NCBI RefSeq assembly: GCF_963921235.1
Contig: NC_086107.1
Coordinates: 112,656,001 to 112,720,000 of the forward strand
DNA: 64,000 bases
Direction of reading: 5' to 3'
DNA from: Mobula hypostoma
Taxonomy: Eukaryota
Part shown: piece after piece, positions 37,570 to 50,102 of the stretch
Position numbering within the stretch: position 1 is the first letter of the stretch
How the letters are laid out: each line of letters begins with the position of its first letter
The notes under the pieces: generated by a model
Seen by the model: the letters and a program-made list of their open reading frames with translations, nothing else
Databases searched by the model: none
What the model was told of the DNA's origin: nothing
Made by a program: the position numbers and the translations under genes

Positions 37570-40500
37570 TCATATTCTATAAAAAACCCCTGTACCCCTT
37601 AAAAACGCTAAAAATACCCGGACTTGTGCTCTCTCACCCATGCCCAGCAACCCTTTTAATGTGAATTCCTGCACCCCCAACTCCCTTAATTTATTTCTCA
37701 TCATCTCTCTCTGTATCCCATACTTCCTGCAACTCAGAACTACATGTTCTACTGACTCCTCTTCCTGACATTCCTCACACAATCCTGTCTGGTGTTTCCC
37801 TATCATTTTCAATGTTTTGTTTAATGCACAGTGTCCCAGCCTTAACCTAGTCCACACAGTCTCCTCTCTTCTGTTTCCATTACTTACCCTAGTAACTGCA
37901 ACACTCTTTTGTATTTGATATAGATGCCTCCCTTTCCCCTCCCTGTCCCATCTTTCTTGCCACATTCCGTTGACTTTTTCCCAGATTACACACTTAACCT
38001 CTGCTTTACTGATACTAATGTGCATTTCCACATTTTCTTTCTTTAACGCCCTCTTTGCCAACTCATCCACCCTCTCATTCCCCTTCACCCCTACATGTGC
38101 TGGAACCCATAGAGATTTTACCTGACCTCCCTGATTTGCAATTCTTGTAACTAACTGAAGGACTTCATAAAGTACATCTTGCCGACTGTTTGTGTGAAAA
38201 GACCTTAAACTTGCTAGAACTGAGGATGAATCTGAACATATCAATGCTTTGGATGGTCTGGCTTTCTGCACCCATTGCAACGCAACCAACACTGCCAGCA
38301 TCTCCACTGTAAACACCCCTAACTTATTAGATGTTCTTCTGCTGATTCCAATTTCTTTTGCTGGTATTACCACCCCAAACCCTGTCACTCCTGTTTCAGG
38401 TTCCTTCGCACCATCTGTATAACTGTGAGTATAATCACTATACTTTTCCATCACATGACAGTTAAATGCATTTACCAAATCTGTTTTATATCTTTCTTTC
38501 CTTTTTACCTCTAACAAATGCCAGTCTATGTCAGGCCATACAAGTTTCCATGGAGCTACAACCGGATAAACTACTGAAGGACTTATCCTCAGATCAAACA
38601 CTCCACATTCTTTCGCGATATCATTCCCTACCCGACTAAAGGTATCCCTCTGAAACCTCCCATTTTCCCAGCACTCCTGCAACACTCCTTTAGTAGGGTG
38701 AGAATCATTGTGCCCCTGCAAGTTAGCCCATAGTAGTTTGCCATCAGTTGCATCCTTCTTAGTTCCAAAGGCATTATTCCCATTTCTACCTGTAGAGCTG
38801 ACACTGGTGACGTTTTAAAAGCCCCACTGCACACTCTCAAGGCCTGAGCCTGAATCACATCCAGTTTCCTTATAAGAGACCTAGCTGCTGATCCATATGC
38901 TATATTTCCATAATCCAATACAGATCTTACTAAAGCCACATACATTCTCTTCAAAGCTGAACAACTTGCTCCCCATTCCCTACCAGTCAAACATCTCATC
39001 ACATTTATTACTTTTTTACATTTCTCCTCAACTTTCCTGATATGGTCTGCCCATGTTAATCGTGAATCAAATATAACTCCCAGAAATTTAAATGATGCAA
39101 CCCTTTCTAATTCAACCCCATACATCCTTAACTTCTTCCCTACCTCAACCCTTTTCCTGGTAAAAAATACAGTTTGAGTTTTATCTACTGAAAATCTACA
39201 TCCCCAATCATAACCCCACTCCACCACTTCATCAATTGCTTCTTGTAGTTTCCTGATTATATAGTCCATGTTCCTGCCTCTTTTCCACAAGGCCCCATCA
39301 TCCGCAAACAGTGACCTACCTATATCCACTGGTACCTTTGTGAAGACATCATTGATCATAATCATGAAAAGTAATGGGCTAATCACACTACCTTGAGGTG
39401 TGCCATTTTCCACTATGTACTGTTTTGATAATTCTTATCCAATCCGAACTTGAATTTTTCTACCAAACAAAAAATCTTTAATCCAATTAAAAACTCTCCC
39501 ACCAACCCCCATCTTGTGCAATTTAATTAATAATCCTTCCTTCCACATCATATCATAGGCTTTTTCAATGTCAAAGAACACTGCCACTACTGACTCTCTA
39601 TTTGCCTGGGCCTTCCTTATTTCAGTCTCTAACATTATCACTGAGTCCATGGAATTCCTTCCCTTTCTAAAACCACTCTGATAACTTGCCAGCATTCCCC
39701 TTTTCTCAAGCTCATATGATAACCTTTCTGTTATCATCCTTTCCATTATCTTACATATACTTGATGTTAATTCAATTGGTCTGTAGCTAGTGGGTTTTGA
39801 CAGATCCTTGCCAGGCTTCCTTACTGGAACTACTGCTGCTTCTTTCCATGCACTTGGTAATCTTCCCTCCTCCCACACTCTGTTATAAAAATGCAGCAAC
39901 TTCAAGAGCGCTCCTTCTCCTAGATTTTTTAGCATCACAGAGCATATCAGATCTTTCCCTGGGGAGGTTGGTCTCGATCTCTTTATTGCTCTCACCATTT
40001 CTGCTAATGTAAATGGATCATCAATTATATCATCTGTTCCTTCCCTCCTGCTTAACACACCTAGGTGTTGGCTCATTATTCTTTCCCTTCTTCTTCTCCC
40101 TTCTTCAGACAAATTTTCTGAACTGTGTATCAGTACAAATGACTTGGCCATGACCTCAGCCTTATCCCTACTGGAGACTGCAGTTTCCTCCTCAGATATC
40201 ATTACTGGATATTCCCATTCCCTTCTATCTCCTCCCATCCTCTTAATCATGCCCCATATCTCTCCCACAGGTGTTGTTCTTCCTACCTTGTCGCAAAAAC
40301 TCCTCCAACTTGCCCTTTTAGCTTGACGTATAGTTCTTCTCACCACTGCCTGTGCTTTCTTATATTGAACCAAATGCTGCATATTATGGGTTCTTTTAAC
40401 TAGCCTGAATGCTCTATTTCTGTTTTTTACAGCCTGACAACATTCCTCTGTCCACCATGGTACCAGTTTTCTATTCATCCTATTTTTACTCCTAGGTATA

Positions 40501-41327
40501 GACCCTTCTGCTGCCATAATAATTGCTGAAGTCACCTGACTGTTTAATTCATCTACATTTCCAGAAATATCAATCTTTGTCAACCCTTCTTCACTCAACT
40601 TCTGGAACTTACCCCAATCTGCTTTTCCAAACACCCACTTTGGGATTCCGCCACCTGGTCTTACTTCAACTCTTTCACCCACTGAACACAAAACTGGGTA
40701 GTGATCACTGCCTACTGTTGAAGCAGTCCAAACTCCCCAGTTACTAATGCCAGCCAAGGTATTAGACACTAATATAATATCTAACACTGACTCAGCTCCT
40801 GTTGTTATATCTATCCTTGTGCCGCTACCATCATTCATACACACCAAATCCCTTTCTTCCATCAAATCTTCAATTACCTTTCCATTTGGATCTGTAATCT
40901 GATCCCCCCATATTGTGCTATGAGCATTGAAATCTGCACACCACACTACTTTATGTCTGTTTTGTCCTTGTATCTTTAATAGGCTGTCCAAATCCAACCT
41001 TTTACATGGATTGTAGTAGTTAATTATAACCACTCCCTCCCCTCTCTCCCACACTTCCACCACTATGTATTCCTGATCATCTCCTTTCTCCAGCACCCTA
41101 TATGGTATACCTTGCTTGATTAACATAGCACAACCCCCTCCTCCCCCTAGATTTCTATCTTTCCTTATCATTGTATACCCATATACCACAAAGTCTAAAG
41201 TTGGTTTCAACCAAGTTTCCTGAATACACACTACATCCGGTTTTACAACCATTTCTTTAATAAAGTGCTTGAATTCCTGGCTATTGGCCAGTAAGCTCCT
41301 TGCATTCCATTGTAAAAGAATCACCAT
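37570..41327 (-). pseudogene. LINE ORF2 (APE endonuclease - RT - RNase H - C-terminal Zn finger) with one nonsense codon and one frameshift
   Basis: LQWNARSL, CIQETW, GSDH; PQGSVISP, FADD; YTDG, SDS, WVPAHVGVKGNERVD; in-frame TAA at 39435-39437 and frameshift near 38730. Confidence 0.88.
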
Positions 41328-41335
41328 AATTAGTA

Positions 41336-42568
41336 TTAACCAACACATGACACTTCCTGGCTTGACTGATTTCTGAGGTTCTCCCTCACTTCCTCCCATG
41401 TCAGTCCTACTAACCCTAAATGGTTTACTGCTGCTTTTACCACCAGCTGAATTTTGTCACTTTTTGACTTTACCTCAGCAGTACTATTAATCACTTCTGC
41501 AATGAACGTTACTAGAGCCTTTTTGTCTACATAAATCCTGTCATTTGTTCTTTGTTGCATCTCTCGTATCCCTATTGCTCCCTGTTCATTAGGAGCATTA
41601 TTCTGTTCTCTTGACATTCTTACAGCTTCTGCATAAGTGATCTTTCTTTTCACTCTTATTTCTTGAATTTTAGTCTCCCGTCTCACAACCTCACACCCAC
41701 TATATGCAACATTATGAGCTCCTCCACAATTGCAGCATTTTGGTTGAACTCCTGTTCCGCACTTTCCATATTCATGATCACCCCCACATCTGGCACATCT
41801 CCTCTGCCTTTTACAGTTTTTAGCCACGTGTCCAAACCTTTGACAATTATAGCACCTCAATGGCTTTGGCACATACACCCTTACTGGGTAACTCATGAAA
41901 CCCAGGAACACCTTCCTTGGCACTCTTTCTTCTTCAAATTCAACCAATACTGATTCACTTTCCTTTTTCACTCCCTCCTTTGTTGTTTTCAGTCTTTGAA
42001 CATTCATTACTTTCCCTCCTTTGATATTCCTCTTTATCTCCTCCATATTTATACTCATTGGTATCCCCGTGATCACTCCTTTACAACCACTGTTTTGTGC
42101 TCCCACCCTCCCAGTGTATTCCACCTTGCATTTTCCTATCTCTTTTAGCTTGAGTGCTTTCTCAAGTTGTTCCTCATTCACACATCTTACCAATAAGTTG
42201 CCATCATTAAGGACTTTCGCAAATACTATTTCCCCTATCTTATTTGTCAGAGTTGTTGTTAGCACAAACGGGTTAATTTTCTTCATATGTCCCTGAGCCT
42301 TCTCATTAAACCTAATTATGACAACACCTCCTCTCTGAGCTTGTTCATCTTCCTCACTTTCAGAGCTTTCTCCACCATCATTTCTTATTCTTTTATTCCC
42401 TTTGTCTTGGTTTTTATTCATCCGACCCCTCACTACCACCTCATTCCCTTTATTTCTCCCTTCACAATAATCCACCTCTCCCCAGCTACCTACCTCTGGT
42501 CCCAAGTCTCTATCCCTCTCCTTCTCCACTTTCTTTCCCTCAACCCCGCCTCTTATCTTGTCCGCCAT
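41336..42568 (-). CDS. LINE ORF1 nucleic-acid-binding protein with three CCHC knuckles (intact frame)
   Basis: CYNCQRFGHVAKNC, CARCGGDHEYGKC, CCNCGGAHNVAYSGC; likely start MADKIRGG at 42568. Confidence 0.82.
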   Translation of the reverse strand: MADKIRGGVEGKKVEKERDRDLGPEVGSWGEVDYCEGRNKGNEVVVRGRMNKNQDKGNKRIRNDGGESSESEEDEQAQRGGVVIIRFNEKAQGHMKKINPFVLTTTLTNKIGEIVFAKVLNDGNLLVRCVNEEQLEKALKLKEIGKCKVEYTGRVGAQNSGCKGVITGIPMSINMEEIKRNIKGGKVMNVQRLKTTKEGVKKESESVLVEFEEERVPRKVFLGFMSYPVRVYVPKPLRCYNCQRFGHVAKNCKRQRRCARCGGDHEYGKCGTGVQPKCCNCGGAHNVAYSGCEVVRRETKIQEIRVKRKITYAEAVRMSREQNNAPNEQGAIGIREMQQRTNDRIYVDKKALVTFIAEVINSTAEVKSKSDKIQLVVKAAVNHLGLVGLTWEEVRENLRNQSSQEVSCVG

Positions 42569-43143
42569 TACCGGACCCACACGACCCCCTCCCAGCAATT
42601 TCCGTTCCTTCCCCACTCTCTTTCCCTTAACAGGTTCCAAAACACACTCACGCATCAAGCAAAACACAGCCAGCTTCCAGCAGCAGCCCACACTCCGTCC
42701 TCGTGGGCCCACCCTCCCTGATTTCAATCTTGCTCGACACTTTAATCGGGTGGGAAATGAAGTCAATCACGGGCTCGCGGTCCGTCTCCAGGCTGCACAC
42801 TCCAATCCAAACCTCACCTAACTACGCGTGCATGTGACAAATAAATCTAACTGTTCTTTCTTTAAATAGCTAATGTGGGCATAAACAGTTCTGAATCAGT
42901 TCCCGTTTTCCACCTCTCAGGTCACTGTTGCTTCAGTCAAAGATGCACTGAAGCTTTTGCCTGATTCCAGATAGATGACTTTGTTCTGGACATATATTTT
43001 ACGGTAAAGACATTTTAAAACTTTAATTATATCTGAGTCTATTGAATAATGGATGTTGAATTGGTGGAAAAAAGTAGCAATCAAGTGGATCATATCCTTT
43101 GGACACCAGTCATAGTACCTTACTCTCAGTGGCCACTTTATTA

Positions 43144-43683
43144 GGTACAGTTTTGGTCCCCTAATCTGAGGAAAGACATTCTTGCCATAGAGGGAGTACA
43201 AAGAAGGTTCACCAGCTTGATTCCCAGGATGGCAGGACTTTCATATGATGAAAGACTGGATCGACTAGGCTTATACTCACTAGAATTTAGAAGATTGAGG
43301 GGGGATCTGATTGAAATGTACAAAATCCTAAAGGGATTGGACAGGCTAGGTGCAGAAAGATTGTTCCCGATGTTGGGGAAGTCCAGAACGAGGGGTCACA
43401 GTTTGAGGATAAAGTTTAGGACCGAGATGAGGAAAAACTTCTTCACACAGAGAGTGGTGAATCTGTAGAATTCTCTGCCACAGGAAACAGTTGAGGCCAG
43501 TTCATTGGCTATATTTAAGAGGGAGTTAGATATGGCCCTTGTGGCTAAAGGGATCAGGGGGTATGGAGGGAAGGCTGGTACAGGGTTCTGAGTTGGATGA
43601 TCAGCCGTGATCATACTGAATGGCGGTGCAGGCTCGAAGGGCCAAATGGCCTACTCCTGCACCTATTTTCTATGTTTCTATGT
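43144..43683 (+). mobile_element. CR1 3' fragment (same family)
   Basis: Near-identical to ~62455-63000. Confidence 0.9.
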
Positions 43684-45909
43684 ACCTTCTGTATCCAATA
43701 AAGCGACCACTAAGTGCATGTTCATGGTCTTCTGCTGCTGTAGCCTTCAAGGTGCGATGTGTTGTGCATTCAGAGATTCTCTTCTGCACACCACTGTTGT
43801 AACATGTGGTTATTTGACTTGCAGTCGCCTTACTGTCAGCTTGAACCAGTCCGAGCATTCTCCTCTGACCTCCCTCATTAACAAGTAACACATACAAAAT
43901 GCTGGAGGAACTCAGCAGGCCTGGCAGCATCTCTGAAAAAGAGTCGACATTTTGGGCCAAGTTCCTACAGCAGGACTCCAGCAACTTGTGTGTGTGTTAC
44001 TTGGATTTCCAGCATCTGCAGATTGTCTCATGTTTTTCTCTCATTAACCAGGCATTTTTGTCTACAGAGCTACTGCTCACTGGATAAGTTATTTTTTTTT
44101 ATGTGTTGCACCATTCTCTGTAAACTCTAGGGACTGTTGTGCATGAAAATCCCAAGTGATCAGCAGTTTCTGAGATACTCAAACCACCCTGTCTGGCACC
44201 AAGAATCATTCCACGGTCAAAGTCACTTCGATCACATTTCTTCCCCATTCTGATGTCTGGTCTTCACAACAACTGAACCTCTTGACCATGTCTGCATGCT
44301 TTTATGCATCGAGATGCTGCCACATGATTGGTTGATTAGATATTTGTATTAATGAGCACCTAATAAGTGTATATTTCTGGAACTGTGGGCAGTGATCAAG
44401 TTGCTGAACCCATTGAGGTCCAGATCTTTAGGTTTGTTGCATGACTTGCTGACAAATGGTTAACATGATGAAAGCATCCTGGCTTATTGAAACCTCTGAT
44501 GACTAACAGACTGTGCTTCTCAAATCCCAACGTGTCTGAGGCAACAGAAACTGACTTTTCATTGCTTACTACCAACTGCAGCTTGGCCTTTGGCCCGGTA
44601 AGTTTTAACTCAGAAATTTCTACAGATATACCATGGAGAGTACTCTGACCAGCTGTATCGCTGTCTGGTATGGGGAGGGGCTACTACACGGGTTTGAAGT
44701 CAGCTGCAGAGAGCTGAAAAATTAGTCAGCTCCATCATAGCCACTAGCCTCTGCAGATTCCAGGACACCTTCAAGGAGGAGCAGTGCCTCAGAAAAGCAG
44801 CGTCCATCATTAAGGACCCACCATCACCCAATACATGCCCTCTTCTCATTGTTACCATTAGGGAGGAGGTGCAGAAGCCTGAAGGAACCCACACAATGAT
44901 TCAGGAACAGTTTCTTTCCCCTGTCATCCGGTTTCTGAATGGACTTTGAACCCACGGACACTTTCTCACTACCTAATATTTATGTTTTCTGTGAAGGGTG
45001 AGGATGTCCAGTTGTATACTCTGTACAATCTCTGATACTTTATACTTTATTGTCACCAAACAATTGATACTAGAGCGTACACAGCGATATTTGATTCTGC
45101 GCTTCGCGCTCCCTGGAGTACAAATCGATTAAAAATTTAAATTATAAATCACAAATAGAAAATAGAAAAGGGAAAGTAAGGTAGTGCAAAAAAACCGAGA
45201 GGCAGGTCCATATATTTGGAGGGTACAGCCCAGATCCGGGTCAGGACCCGTTCAGCAGTCTTATCACAGTTGGAAAGAAGCTGTTCCCAAATCTGGCCAT
45301 ACGAGTCTTCAAGCTCCTGAGCCTTCTCCCAGAGGGAAAAGGGACGAAAAGTGTGTTGGCTGACATTAATCTGACCACTGATTAAGCTTTCTTAGTTGTT
45401 TACTACTGTAATTCATTACGGGTTATATGTAAAATGGTATACATCATTACGCCTGCATGTCAGGAGTGTGCACCTCACTAAAGTATAAACTACAAATAAA
45501 CGATGTACACGAGCTATCTGTGTTTTCCTTTCAATTAGCTTTATGTTTTGGGATTACAAAATGTAACTCAGACTTCCGAGATCGAGAGAGTGGAACTGCC
45601 CCAGAACAACGGCTTTTCCACTTTAAAAACTCTCCTCCACACACCTCTTGCCCTGGGCACAAGAGACAGAGAGACTTGTAGAAGAATGGCATTTTCATTT
45701 ACATCCAAGTTATAACCGTAGGGTTACAGCACTGAACTGGGTCCACGTCAAGTCAAGTCAAATCAAGTTATGTTGGCTGCCACATGCACAAGTACAGTGA
45801 GATGCAGGTAGAATGAAATAGCTGTTTGCAACTGCATTACAATTCTGCAGGAGATTCTGCAGATGCTGGAAATCCAGAGCAGTACACACAAAATGCTGGA
45901 GGAGCCAGC

Positions 45910-46579
45910 TGTAACAGGCTGGGTTGATCAGACCCAAAAGACTCAAACTGCTTCGAGTGTGCAGGGAAATGTGGTAATAAGCAACAAGCACAACAAAGTA
46001 ACTTAAACATAACTTAATATCAGAAAACAGAAAGCTCAAATAAACCACACTGAATACTACGTAGTCAGTTACAGAGATTCCTGGGCTCACGATTTTTGGT
46101 CTCCACTTAATTGTTGCCATCGTCAGGGGACTTGATTGTCTCTGTTGTTGGGGGAGCTCTGAATTCTGATTTGTGAAATCACCCTTGGTCCGTCCTAGGC
46201 ACCAGTTGATCGTGATTCCTCAATCTAGATGAGGTCCCAAGAACTGAGCGAAAGGTGCCTCAATAAATAAGGGTTCAATCCACAAGCATAGCGAGACACA
46301 CAGAGGCAGGCAAACTATGTGATGTTTTGTTCTCATGCCACTAACCCAGCATGGTTTCTTTCGTTCAAACAACTCATGCATTCATTGACAGACATCCTGA
46401 TGCCATTGTGCCTGAGGCCAAGGAAGACTCCAGCCGCTATCAGCAAACATTTAATAAACCTACAGTATTTAACTTGTATAGACACCTTACATGCTGCGAG
46501 CCCACAAAGGGTTAAAGTGTCACTTGAAACTGTTCAGATTTTCATCTAATATTTTTACAAAATTTAATACACCACAACA
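45910..46579. mobile_element. Possible old solo LTR splitting a Penelope-derived repeat
   Basis: TGTAAC...ACAACA ends; flanks ..GGAGCCAGC / ACAGCATCTATGG rejoin the repeat; TSD imperfect. Confidence 0.35.
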
Positions 46580-46589
46580 ACAGCATCTA

Positions 46590-47415
46590 TGGTTCACTAG
46601 GTACATTCAATGTCAGAGAAATGTATACAATATACATCCGGAAATTCTTTTTCTTTGCAAATATCCACGAAAACAGAGGAGTGCCCCAAAGAATGAATGA
46701 CAGTTAAATGTTAGAACCCCGAAGCCGCCCCCAGCTCCCCCCCACGCACAAGCAGCAGCAAAGCAACGACCCCCCCCAACTCCACCAGCAAAAAAGCATT
46801 GGCGTTCTCCATCGAGCACTCAAGCGTGCAGCAAAGTATCAATAAAGACACAGACTTGCAGTACCCCAAAGACTACTGGTTCACCCAGTAATTCGACATA
46901 CCACAGGCTCTCTCTCTCCCCAATAAGGGAAAAAGGGGAGTCACTGTTTCACAGCGAGAGGGGAGACATAACAAACAACTCGGTGACTTATGATATTAAG
47001 AGTCTGTTGCGTCACTTTTTCCAAGCTCTGCACCCAGAGAGTCGGCCCCGGAAAGGCTCAGGTCTCTGTGCCCAATCAGCAGCTAACCCGCTGCTCTCGA
47101 TGTTCCGCGTTCTCCCGTGATGCCTCGGTCGGGAGCACCAGCCTTGAATCAGCTTGTCTCCAGAGCCACGAAAATCCGGCATCCTGAAGACACACTGGTC
47201 TTCCAGGTCACGCCCTTTGGATATCACAAAGCAGCCGGTCACGAGCCCCCGAGAGTGGGTCCCATTCCCACAAAGAACTGAAGTCAGAATGCAACTCCAT
47301 GTCAGGGTCTTCAAAAGAACCTTGAAACGGAAAAAAAGAGATATCAAAGATGGAAATAGAGCAGTTTCCGAAGATGCAAGCAGAGGAGTTGCCGTTTAGC
47401 GCCATCTTGACTTTG
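46590..47415 (-). mobile_element. Non-coding ~0.8-kb retroelement (AAGATGGCG 5' end, LINE-like 3' tail)
   Basis: Related copies at ~56640-57420, 59745-60480, 7980-8670, 13580-13980, 50530-50860. Confidence 0.65.
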
Positions 47416-48412
47416 CTTTGCCCCGCACCAGGAAAGGAATAAACCAGTCAATGTTTTAGGCCAACATCAACTGCATATTCCCCTCCATAGATGCTGCCTG
47501 ACCTGCTGAGTTCCTCAGAATTTTGTGTGTGTTGCAGCAGCATTATGTGCACGTTGAATCAGACAACACACAGGAAATAAATTAAGATTCAAGATTCAGA
47601 ATACAACCTTATTTATCACAGTTACATCAAAACATACAGAGAGATGCGTCATTTGTGTTAGTAGCCCACACACCTGAGGGCGTGCTGGAGGCAGTCTGCA
47701 AGTCATAGAACATAGCGTCAAAGAAAAGTACAGCACAGAAACAGGTCCTTTGGCCCATCTAGTCCATGCTGAACTATTTAAGCTGCCTACTCCCATCAAC
47801 CTGCACTGGGACCACAGCCCTCCATACTCCTACCATCCATGTAGCCATCCAACCTTCTCTTAAACATTGAAATTGAGCTTGCATGCACCACTTGTGCTGG
47901 CAGTTCATTCCACACTTACAGGACCCTCTGAAGAACGAGAACAGCAGATACCTGGGAACACCACCACTTGGAAATCCCCCTCCAAGACACACACTGTCCT
48001 GACTTGGAAACATATCACCGTTCCTTCATTGTTGCTGGGTCCAAGTCATGGAATTCCCTCCCTAACAGCACTGTGGGTGTATCCACACCTCAGGGACTGC
48101 AGTGGTTCAAGTAGACAGCTCATCTCCACCTTCTCAAGGGATATGCAATAAATGGGTTTCAAAATGGGCTATCAACATTGAAATGTTCCCACAACCAAGC
48201 ACCATCCATTATTAATGACCCCCACCACCCAGGATATGCCCTCTTCTTATTTTTACCATCAGAAAGGAGGTACAAGAGCCTGAAGGCACACACTCAATGA
48301 TTCAGGAACAGCTATGTCTGCTCTGCCATTGGAATTCCAAATGGAATTTTTAATTTAACTATTTTTATTTATTTATTTATTTATTGTGATTGATTTATTT
48401 TTCTATATTTAT

Positions 48413-49274
48413 TGTCACGTGATTGGCAACAATGAATATATCGATTCAGGATTTATAAATAAACAAGCATTTATTAAACCCTGATAAACAATGAAGAAAA
48501 AACAAACGAAACCCCTAAACGGAAGTAAACTGCTATGCGGCCATTCAGTAAACCGCTACTCAATACTAGCTCTTAAAGTGATAAATGTGAAACCAGTTCT
48601 TAAAGCAATAAATTCAAACACAGTTCTTCGAATGATAAATTTTATAGTCCAAGAGATTTATATAGTCAATTGGGAGAGACTTTCATGAAGTAACGAATTC
48701 CTCGAAGACTTGACGTCACTGCCACTCCCAGTCGGATCCTGCCTCGTCCGCAGGATTCACGATGACGGAAATAAAACGGTTTTAAAGGCACTGACCTTCC
48801 TTCTCCATAGACTAGATCCTGCACAGCCTTTTCTGCTTCCTTTTAGCAGAGGCTATCTCATGCAGATCACTCTTTCTTGAACGAATTCAATAATGGTCGA
48901 TCCTTTCCAAACCCATCGAACGTCTCCTTCAGGCTCCTGCCTTCACTCTCCAATGTTACTGAAAAGATACATTAACAAACCTGGCAGTGATTGGTCAAAC
49001 TGCCAGCCCAGACTTCTGTACCTTACAATAGAACATAAAACTTAGTTTAAAATCAAAACTGCGTCATAATGCAAATATGCAGCGGTGTGGAGTATCGCGT
49101 TGACGTTCTAATTGGAAAACTAACTGCGTCACCAGGGGTCTTCCCTTTTATACCCGTGGTGAACATGTCATCACGTGACCTCACATTGACGGGAAAATTA
49201 CATCAAGTGACCGCCAAAAGACCATTACATCATTCTCACAACAAAGTCACAAGATCTCCATGAGTTATGTAACA
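48413..49274 (-). mobile_element. Solo LTR of a different LTR family
   Basis: TGTCAC...GTAACA termini, TTAT 4-bp TSD, TATAAAA and AATAAA in order on the minus strand; flanks rejoin as a LINE tail. Confidence 0.8.
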
Positions 49275-49369
49275 TTATCATGTATTGCATTGTACTGCTG
49301 TTGCTAAGTTAACACATTTCACAACATGATTTGATTTGTGTGCTTTGACCTTTACTCTACTTGCTTTAT

Positions 49370-49825
49370 ACCCATGACTGTGAGGCTCCAATGCCACCCT
49401 TACATTTGCTGAAGACACCACTGGTGTTGGCCCAATCAAAGGCAGTGACAAATCAGCATTTAGGAGGGAGATTGAAAGTCTGGTTGAATGAAGTCAAAAC
49501 AACAAACTCTCACTCAACGTCAGCAAAACCGAAGAGATAGATGACTGTCGACTACAGGAGGAAGAAACCAGAGGTCCATGAGTCATTTCTCTTGAAGGGA
49601 TCATAGGTGGAGAGGGTTGGAATCTTTCATATCAGGGGGTTTGTCCTGGTACCAGCAAGTAAGTGCCATCACAAAGAAGGCTTGACAGCACCTCTGCTTT
49701 TTCAGAGGTTTGCGTAGGTTCTGCAGGACATCTGTAACTTTGACAGACTTCTATAGATGCTCTGTGGAGAGCATCTGACTGGTTGTATCACTTCCTGGTA
49801 CGGAAACATAAATGACCAGGAATGG
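49370..49825 (+). mobile_element. Rex1/L2-like RT fragment
   Basis: FAEDTT, LNVSKT, LTGCITSWYG remnants. Confidence 0.6.
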
Positions 49826-50102
49826 AAAACTCTGTCTTTCATTCTTTCTCTCTCTTTCATTCTTTCTCTCTCTCACTTTCCTTCTCTCTCTTTTCCTCTC
49901 CCTCTCTCTTTCTTCCTATCTTCCTTCCTTTCTCTCTTTCTTTCTTTCCCTCTCTCTTACTTTCTCCCTCTTTCTTTCTCCTTTTCTCTCTCTCCCTCTT
50001 TCCGACCATCTGCCCTTCTTTCTTTCTCTCTCTCTCTCTTTATTTATATATTTTTTCTTTCTTTCCTTTTTCCTTCCTTCCTTCTATTTTTCTCCCCTTC
50101 CT
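49826..50102. repeat. CT-rich low-complexity tract
   Basis: Nearly pure polypyrimidine for ~280 bp. Confidence 0.9.

Larger units (their letters stand above)
37377..42712 (-). mobile_element. Full-length I-group (Nimb/I-like) non-LTR retrotransposon with RNase H
   Basis: 13-bp TSD CCTCCCTGATTTC (37364-37376, 42713-42725); ORF1 plus ORF2 (APE-RT-RNase H); short (ACAG)n-like tail. Confidence 0.92.

Noticed and set aside
39435..39437. Programmed readthrough in LINE ORF2
   Set aside because: Single TAA in the middle of RT plus a separate frameshift; simple decay is more parsimonious
42569..42766. N-terminal extension of LINE ORF1 in the ORF track
   Set aside because: The listed start lies outside the TSD-defined element boundary (42712)
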